A stretch of 64,000 nucleotides of DNA from the IMG/VR virus record IMGVR_UViG_3300030060_004277, positions 1 to 64,000 of that record. The stretch is one strand, 5' to 3'. Made by a program: the position numbers and the translations under genes. This document shows positions 28,601 to 37,600 of this stretch, piece by piece; position 1 is the stretch's first letter; each line of letters begins with the position of its first letter. This stretch comes from a virus. The notes below the pieces were generated by a model. It was not told the DNA's origin. It made no database searches and was given only the letters and a program-made list of their open reading frames with translations.

Positions 28601-31600
28601 TAACTGACCACTAGGAAGGCGCTGGTGTACAGACCCTGTGGGTGTGTGAGTTCCTTCGGTAGGGTCGTCCTGTAGTTCGTGGGCGATGACCAGTGTGTGA
28701 CGCTGTTGGTGGTCGTATCACTGTCTTGGAAATAGGGACTCGATGTGCCTGTCGACCAACCGTCACCACTTGAGTCTGGGAAGTTGGTATAGAATCTGGT
28801 TTTGGTTAGAGCATCTGCTACGTTAGTGCCCAGACCATCCACGGGCGCTATGCTCTCCGGACTGTGCTTCATCGGTGCGACCACTGGCACTGAGCCATGC
28901 GTTGACATCACCGTGCCAGCGGTACCGTATGGCGAGAATGCCAGATTGGGATGATAGGCACCTAGACCAGCAGCGTAACCAGTGGTAGTGGTAGTGCTTG
29001 CGTTCTTGGTGGTGGAGACGGATATCTTGAGGCTGTTGAGCAAGGAGTACCTCTCGCCATGCCACCCCACTGCTCCGATTGGCCTCGTCCTGTCAATGGC
29101 ATCCGCGATGCCTGAGAAGTGAGCCTGTGTCATGTGGTCACGGGTGCTGTCGTTCTCGTTGTTGAAGCGTATCGTACCGGCCTTGGACCACACGAAGATA
29201 GTGGCATTGCTTGCTACTGTCGCGAAATCATCAGCGCTACCCCCTACATGGTCTTCCCAAGTCGCTATATCCTCGAACTCGTTCTTGCCCTCTATTCTGT
29301 TGGGTGCTAGGAAGAACTTGATGTCACCACTTGCGTTTATCTCCCTCGAGTGGTAACAGGCCCAACTCACGGTATTGCTGACATGGGCTCTCAGCCAGCC
29401 AGACGCTGGTATCTGCTCTGCTGTGACCTGATTGGGATTGCTGGTGTCGACTGTGATGAAATTGGTGGGTGCGCTTGATTGTTGCACCCCGCTCGATGAG
29501 GTTCCGACTGACACCCAGCCGTACCTGTCCTGTCTGAGGGAGTTGCCCATTGATGGCATGTGTGTGCCACCGAGCGCCTTCAGTGCCCCAGCACCGGGGA
29601 AGGTGTTGATGGCCGCACCCAGAATGGTGGCGAACTCCTCGCCGTTCTGACAGCGCGTCGCATCTACCACTATGTACTCCATTTGGGCGTGGGCAGTAGT
29701 CACTGAATCAGATGAGCCTGTGTAGTTCAGTGTCTTGTTCAACATGGTCCCCGATACCCTGAATGCCGCTGGGTGTATCTGGTCTCCCCTAGGCCACGAC
29801 GTGCCGTTTATTCTGTTATTACTACTAGCAGAGGGATGTGGTGGGTTGAATGTGATTTGATTGTCCATCCAGTGACCGCCGGGATGGAAGCCACCATCCA
29901 TGTGCCACACCGTATCAGCGGCCATCGCTATGCCGTATGCTATGACAGGGGTGTGCATCTTCGGATGTATGGGCAATAGGTCGGTAGCGTGATGCGGTGT
30001 AGCGTCACTGAACTGCTGACCGTAGTGCCTACCGTGAGCGGGTCTCTGTAGGAACTTCCCTTTCATGCAGTACCCGGCTGGCGTCTCCCAGTTGACCATC
30101 GTTCTCCAGTGGAATCCAGCAGTGTCGTTGTAACGGGTCTTGCTCATGGGGCCGAACGTGTACTTGTCGTTGTCGATGGAGTTCGGGAACAGTAGATTGG
30201 ATTGCGTGTCACTGTCAGGCACGGAGGCCCAAGTCGAATTGTTGGTCGCCGTGACTATCAGGCCGGGATTGGGCTCGAACTTGTTACCAGCGTCTACGCT
30301 GGAGTGTGCTAGACCATTGCTGTCGTTGACCTCCCTAGTGAAGGGGAACGCCTGACCCGGCCCGAATATGACATACGTGGTCTTGTTCTCAGTGCCATCG
30401 ATGTGGTCCTCGTACCTCGCCGTGGGGTGTGGGAACCTGAGGACTAGGGGAGTGGGCTTGGCAGTGATTATGTCATTCGACAGCACTGAGGTCTTGTTCA
30501 AATCAGGAGCAAGCACGTTGTCCTTGTTGAATGCTGGTGGTGTGATGCTACCACGGTGTTGGTTGCAAAGCGCTGCACCGGGGAAGAATGCGAACATTGC
30601 ATTGGTATCGAGCATTGCGAAACTGGTGGATATCTCGCTTGCGTTCTGTATGCCTGAGACTCCCGTAGGCCCATTGGCATAAGGGTGGGTGTAGAACGAG
30701 GAGTAATCGTTCTGAGTGCCGTCATTGACGTCAAGCGTAACACCACTGAAGCCACCGCCGAAGTACAATGGCACGCTGTGGTCACGACTTCTCTTACCGC
30801 CCTTGAACATGACAACAGGTTCTGAGAATACGCTACCGACGGAGCGCAGTCCATCGAACTTCCGGGTGTGTTCCCTATCCCCCCACTTGGACCATAGGTA
30901 GTCAACGCTTGCTGATGGGCTACCACCACCGCCGGTGTGATGGGTGTCGAAGTCATCGGAACCCGTGTCTGCTACCCACTCCAAATCATACGCATCGGCA
31001 GTGGATGCTGTGGCGCTGGTCGTGTTGTAACGTAGTTCTGCTGTTGTGTTTATGTCTGGGGAGAGATACACCCTCGCTCTCTCGTTTGCGGGTTTCAGTA
31101 CCACATGTGACTGGTAGTATGGAATCAGGAAGTCCGTGACGTCCTGTGCGGTGTTGTTCACATTGGCTCTGAGTCCACCCGCTTCGTCAGTAAGGAGTTG
31201 CGGGTTGTCTATCTTGGGCAGTATGTGGTCTCCCGATGAGCGTGTGAATGATATGCCCTTCAGTCCCTCCCTCCACTTCTTGATGCTCACTGGAATGTTG
31301 CTGGAGTCTACAAGAACCGGTGTGGCTGTGTTGCTGTTGGGTCCTCTCGCAGCAGTGCGTATCTGTAGTAGAGTGTAAGGTATGTAACCGCAGTCTATGT
31401 TACGGCTCTTGTCTATGTCAGCATCCGACACTGCTCTTGAGGTGCCGAAAGCATAGCCAACTGAGCCTGTTGGTCTCAATGTCTTCTCCAACTCACCGAA
31501 CTCCAGATGCGCGGCTTTGATTCCTTGGTCGGGATGGAGAGTGGCTGAGAATGATGTGTTGAGTGGCCGTAGCGTCTTGTTTGGGTTGTAGGCCCTGATG

Positions 31601-34600
31601 GTGATTGCGGTTGGGCTGACGCCCCACTCACCAAAGGTCCTACCATCTGCTGCATACATGTCAGTGCAATCGAACTTGAGTCCCTCTGCTGAGTTTATGA
31701 TGTTGCCAGCATTGACAGCAGCAGCGGTCACAGCAGCCATGAGTTCGTCAGTGACTAGACAAGTCCAGTTAGGCCCAGCGGATATGAACTCGCCACCATT
31801 GCCACTGATTGTCGCAAGTTCTGTGGATGTGAATCCCTCGACGTCGTAGAATTTGTCTCCCTCCCTTCTGCTGTAGGACGCCACATATCCTAGGTGGACG
31901 TCATCGGCGGGTGCCACGGTGAGTTTCCTGCCATGAATGTGTATGACGCCGTTCTCCTTGGGGAAGCCGTAGTACCCGAGTATGTCTATGTCACTGGACA
32001 TATGGGAATAGGGTCTTGCATGTGTGATAGTCAGTGTCGTGCCTGAGAGACTGAGCCCACCACCATCCAATCCAACCGATGAGCCTACCGCTATGGTAGC
32101 CTCCGGTGATGGTACGCCTCTCCACCTACCGCCCTTCCAAGCGTGCTCTGTGACTGTAGGCACTGCTCTTGCCGTGCCAGTTCCAGAACCAGCCCCAGTT
32201 GCTACGAAGAACGTGCCCACGTTGCTATCAGCAGCACCCACGGTGGTGAAATCGGTGCTGCCTGTGCTTACTATTCTATAGCGGTGACCTGTGACGAAAC
32301 CACCAGCAGTGTCTACGTTGGTAAGACTGCTATCGCCGTAATCCACCGCCATTCTGCCTGTGGAGTCTCCTGAGCCGAACATGTGCTTGCCTATCGTGAA
32401 GCCACCTTGTGAGGTATCACGGTCATCGAAGAATACGCAGACTTCATCGTCTATCGTGTTCGGTAGGATTGTGTTTTCATTCGAGAAGGACTCGCTCACT
32501 TGCTTGTAGACGTATCTTACTCCGAACTCGTCTCCGGTGTTGTCCTTGAATCTGAATCCGAAGACCTGTCCGCTGCCTATGTTGTCAGATAGTTTGTCAG
32601 CACTAGGCACGTATGAGCCATAGGAGCCTGTTGACTTTCCATACCTGTTGTTGAACCCCCTCTCGTTCACCTTGCCGAAACCCCATGTACCAGCATTGGG
32701 CGCCCATCCCGGCACACCTGTCGCTACTAATCCGCCGAAGTTGACTCTACCAGTGGCTCTCGACCCTACTCTGAGTCCCTTGGTCAGTGTTGAAGATGAA
32801 CCCTTGACGTCAAGAGATTCTACGTTGATTGTGTTATGGCTTTTACCGCTGATGGAATCGGACACCGCTCTGAGCACAGTGTCATCCTCGAAATCAGAGA
32901 CGCTATGCACGTCCTCACCGCTTTCCTCTGCTGTGATGTACTGACGTAGAGTGGTGATTGGTGCGAATGGTCGACCATGCTTGTTCAGTGGCATTGGTGC
33001 TGGATGCATGTTCTCACCCTCGTTCTCTTCCGGTAACGCCCAGAAGTTCCTCCACCTCCCACCATGTCCTATTAGGAACTCAGGCTCGTACGTGTCTTGA
33101 CCAGTGCTGTTGTCCAACCATACGCAGAAGTTACGGCCCGTTGCCCCCGGAACCGTGCTGTGTACGACTATCGATACACCGGTGTCTCCTTTCAGGTCCT
33201 GAACTTCCCTGCCTATGTGTGCTCTGACGTATCCCATGTGGGTGCCCTTGTTCTTGTCATCCACATGCCAGAAGGGAGAGGGGTCATGTGCTGAGCCGTT
33301 GTTGGTTCTAGCAGTTAGGGCACCGTGTTGATTGATGAGCCTGACTACTTCCTCAGCGGCTTGTCTGATATTGACAACACCTTCCCTGTTCTTGACCTCA
33401 CCCATATCGATGGTGAGTCTTCTGACGAAGTCCATGTCCTTCCACTCAGGGAGGTGCTGCAACCTGCTCTCCTCATGCGAGGTTAGGTCCAATGACTCTG
33501 CTCTGATTCCCCTGAGGCACAGGAAGGCGGGTATCACCCTCGTGCCATCTGGTGTGTCGAAGAAGGTGGATGGGTCCCTGAGGTTGTATCCGGATGATGA
33601 TGTGGATTTCCTGTGTGTGACGAGCGCTGATGTGAAGACATCAGACGAATCCAATGGGATTCTTGTCAAGAAATGAAGCGTGTCCGCCACTTCACTCAAA
33701 GACGCACTGTCATTGGTTCTGGGCACTGTGCTGTAACCGTGTCTCAGTCCATCGACAGTGCCACCGAGTGAGTATTCCGTATGCACATGATGACCGTGGG
33801 CCTTGCCGTAAATCCTGACGCTGGTGTTATCCCTGCCATCGGTCGGTAGTTTGTAGGTCCCAGTTGGAACTGTGCTTTCCAACAGGTCGCTTGTCTGTCT
33901 GTTGGCTAAGTCATGTGCGTATGCGCTCTCTATGAACTTTGATTGCTGTGTACTCCTGATGTATGGGTTCTGTGAGAGGTATCCGTTTGTCACGTCTATC
34001 TGAGTGGTCCATGGGCTAGGAGCGGAGCCAGCGTATTGCGCATTTAATTTGTAGAGGGATGTCCTGCTTGTACCACCTGTGTCAACGACTTCCTTTCTCC
34101 ACCCCAACTGCGTGGCCTCGGGACTCGTCTGCACTTGCATGAAGATGTCTTGGAATGCGATGAACTCCCTGTCATGTGCCACGTCGTATAGCAGGACCCG
34201 AGCATGGTCCGCAGTGAAAAGATAGGGGTCTGTGTAAGCGATAGTGGGCGCTTGTGAGGCAGTGAGGCCCAGTGCTAGGTAGTTCTCCTCTATCGTCCTG
34301 TTGACGTGTTGCACGTAGTTTCTAGCAGTCTCTAGGCAGTCATTACCAATCAGGAAGTTCTCTATCGGGGTGCTGTCTCTCGGTGAGTCGCTCAATGAGC
34401 CCGAGCCTCCAGTGAACTCGGACCACACTTGTGACTCGTCATACACGCCTCTGCTCTTAGCGAATAGTCCCTCAACGGCATGTGGATTGTTGTAGGACAT
34501 ATTAGCCCATATCGTATCGCCGTTACGGAGTCCACCGGGTGCGTATGGGTTCAACCACTTGGCATTGAGTATCGCATCTCTGTCCTCATAATCACCCATT

Positions 34601-37600
34601 GCCACTGCTAGTTTCGCGTTGGATGGTATGTCTGGCGCATTGCCCGAAAGATGTATTGTGCTACCATCGACTCTAGTGACAGTCCCTATCTTCTTGATTT
34701 CATCAGTCGTGGTATCAACATAGTAGTATACCTCGTCATCCTTCTTGATGTTCATACCATGTAGGTTGTGTAATGTCTTCTTTCCTAAATCACTGCTGTC
34801 TATTTCTACGTAGGCTCTCGCGGTAGAACTGTAGGCAGTAATACCGAGAGAGGTATCTATGTGCATGTTGTTGAAGAGTTCCCTGTATACCACACCACCG
34901 TCGTAGAACGTCTGACCGGTGCCGAAGGCAGAGGTCTCCCTTATCACTCTCGCAGCCTTTCTGCTCAATGTGATTTTCTTTCCGACCAAGGAGGTGGGGT
35001 TTGTTCCTACTGCTGTGGTGTACGCTAGTGTTATGCTGTTATCAGGCGTGGTGACAGAGCCAATGGTCTTGAGATTGCCATGGTAGTGGTATCTGTGTAT
35101 GGTGCTACCATCATTGTACTGAACCTCGTAGATGAGTTCTCCCTGCTCCTTTGGCGCGTTGGCGATGTCGTCATAGCCTAGATTGGGGAACCTAGCGAAG
35201 TCCTCTGGACTGAGAGTGAGGGTGAGAGCGAACTCGCTGTTGCCTAGTGATGTCTTGAGTTCGCTCAGTGGTTTCCCAGTTGCTCTCTTTACCTCTACCT
35301 TGGGTGCGTGTGGATTGCTCTCGGGACCAGCCTTGAACTCCACGGCGGTGACATATTGCCTGAGGCCGTAATCGACGTTTCCTCCCTGTGTCTTTACACT
35401 AGCAGCGTCATAGTGGTACTCGCTCCTACCTTCGAAATCCGATGACGGTGTGAACTCGTCAGATGAGATGACGTCTATATCACTGTCAAGAAGGGGGCCA
35501 CCCAAGAACACAGAAGCACCGGTTTGAAGCGAATCGAGGAAGCCATCGGTAATGGCATAGAGCCCGCTGATGACCCCCGGCTCTCCGATTCTTATCGAGC
35601 CGTTGGTGTAGTCGATGGATGAGTACCAAGCCCATTCTCCAGTCGCTGTGAAAATCTTCCTGTATCTTCTGTGTGAGGTACCATGGTACTTCGCGTTTGT
35701 CTTAGTGGGAGCAGGGAAGACATCGATGTCATTTAGATACAAATCCAGACCATTCGTCACATCTCCCTCTATCTTGGTGATGTAAGTGGACTTGACGAAC
35801 TCCCTCTTCTCTATCGCGAAGGAGTACGCGGAACTCGCCTCCCTGTCAGTCGGTGGCCTGCTCTTGAATCTCCTACCGACTGGTGAGGGGTTGTACGTGT
35901 GTGCGGTATGCGTGGCATCGACATGAATCTTGAATCCGTTGTCAGGACCCACTGTGCTCTTGAAGAACTGGTTAGTGAAGAGCGGTATCTCGGCAATCGC
36001 TCTGGTGCTGGCGTATTGAGTGCCGAGTTGGTAGTCGTGTGACACGTCATTCAGAGCCTGATGCATCCTGTCATTCACAGTGCTACCATTCTCTATATTG
36101 GACTCATCACCGAAGTCAGGTTCGCTGAAGACAGTGAAGTTGCCGTAAATCTCAACAGCACCACTCGTATCACCCACCATCAACCCGGTGGCGTTCAGTA
36201 TCTCACCTATCGAAGTGTACTCACTCCCTGATGCGCTTATGAAATCACCAGAGCCCAGTGTGGACAATGTGAAGGTGAAAGTGGTTCCAGACTTGCTGGA
36301 GTACTTGGCACTGCTACCGTCTGGTAGGTATATCCTGCCGTATCTGGGAAAGCCATAGGTGCCCCAACTCGCTAGGTCTTCCGAGTTGTTGTTGAGTGGT
36401 TCGACGAGAAGCGTGCCCGTGCCTGTGCTGAAATCCATATCCAGTTTGACTGCTTCAACAGCATATGCCCTACGAGTGGAGTAGGACTCGTGTGCCAGCA
36501 TGCTCTTCTGATACACCGGTTTGGTGTCCATGGCCCCTTGACCGGGTCCACCTAGGGTAACCGTAACCACTGGTGCGTTGGGCTCTATCTCCTTGACTAT
36601 GTGGGAGTCAGGGCTTCCAGTGCCTACTAGGTCCACATTCCTAGATGCAGCAGACTCAGAGAGACCAACACAATTAATCACGGTGTAGTTGCCCCTATCA
36701 GCGGCATCATTCTCCCTTACGCTTCTGACTCTGGCCCTGCTCAGCAGACACATTATCCTGAACAAGGAAGGATTGTTGGTTGAGGCGCTTCTGTCAATGT
36801 AATTGCTGAGTTGGTTTGTCCTTCTTCGGTCACTAGGTTGCACCACCAGCATCATGTTGGATACGCTACCATCGGGTATGGCCACGTTGTCTATGATATC
36901 GAATACCTCGTGTGTGTTTGAGTATGACGGGGTTATGGCAGTGTCAAACTGACCGGCTGATGGAGAGCCCACCACAGTGTCCGGCTCGACCCTGCTGAAG
37001 TCACCCTTGTCAGTCAGGCTTACTCCCGCTGAGATTTTAGGGAAGGAGACCATGTTGAACACTGATTCATGCGAGCCATCCACACTAGTGGAATCCAATA
37101 TGACAGATGGTGTGATGTTCTGTGAGGCGTCATCTGCCCTAGGTGTGTAGTTTGCTGGTGATAGCGTCTCATCTATGTCAGTGTCCGCTGAGTAACCCTC
37201 GCTGTTGTCACCAATCAGACCATGAGGTTGCAACATGTTGCTGGCGCTCTGTAAATCACCAGCGTTGAACTCTAGTATGCCACCAGCAGCGTAGAGCGTC
37301 TTACCTGATGATAGCGAGTCGACTATGGCATCGTAGATGAAGGACCCTGCTCCAGTGGACACATCGGATGCAGGCACTGTCTTTTCAACCATCAGCATGG
37401 GGTAGTATGGTCTCGCAGTGCCAGTACCAGAGCCAGTCCCCGTTGCATTGAATATGGTTCCAACATTGCTGTCACTAGCACCTATAGATGTGAAATCGGT
37501 ATTGCCTGCACTGACTATGATGTATGTCGTGCCTGAGACGAATGACCCCCCAGTGACTGTTTTGTGCATGCTTGCGCCAGTTAGGTCTACGGCGTTGTAG

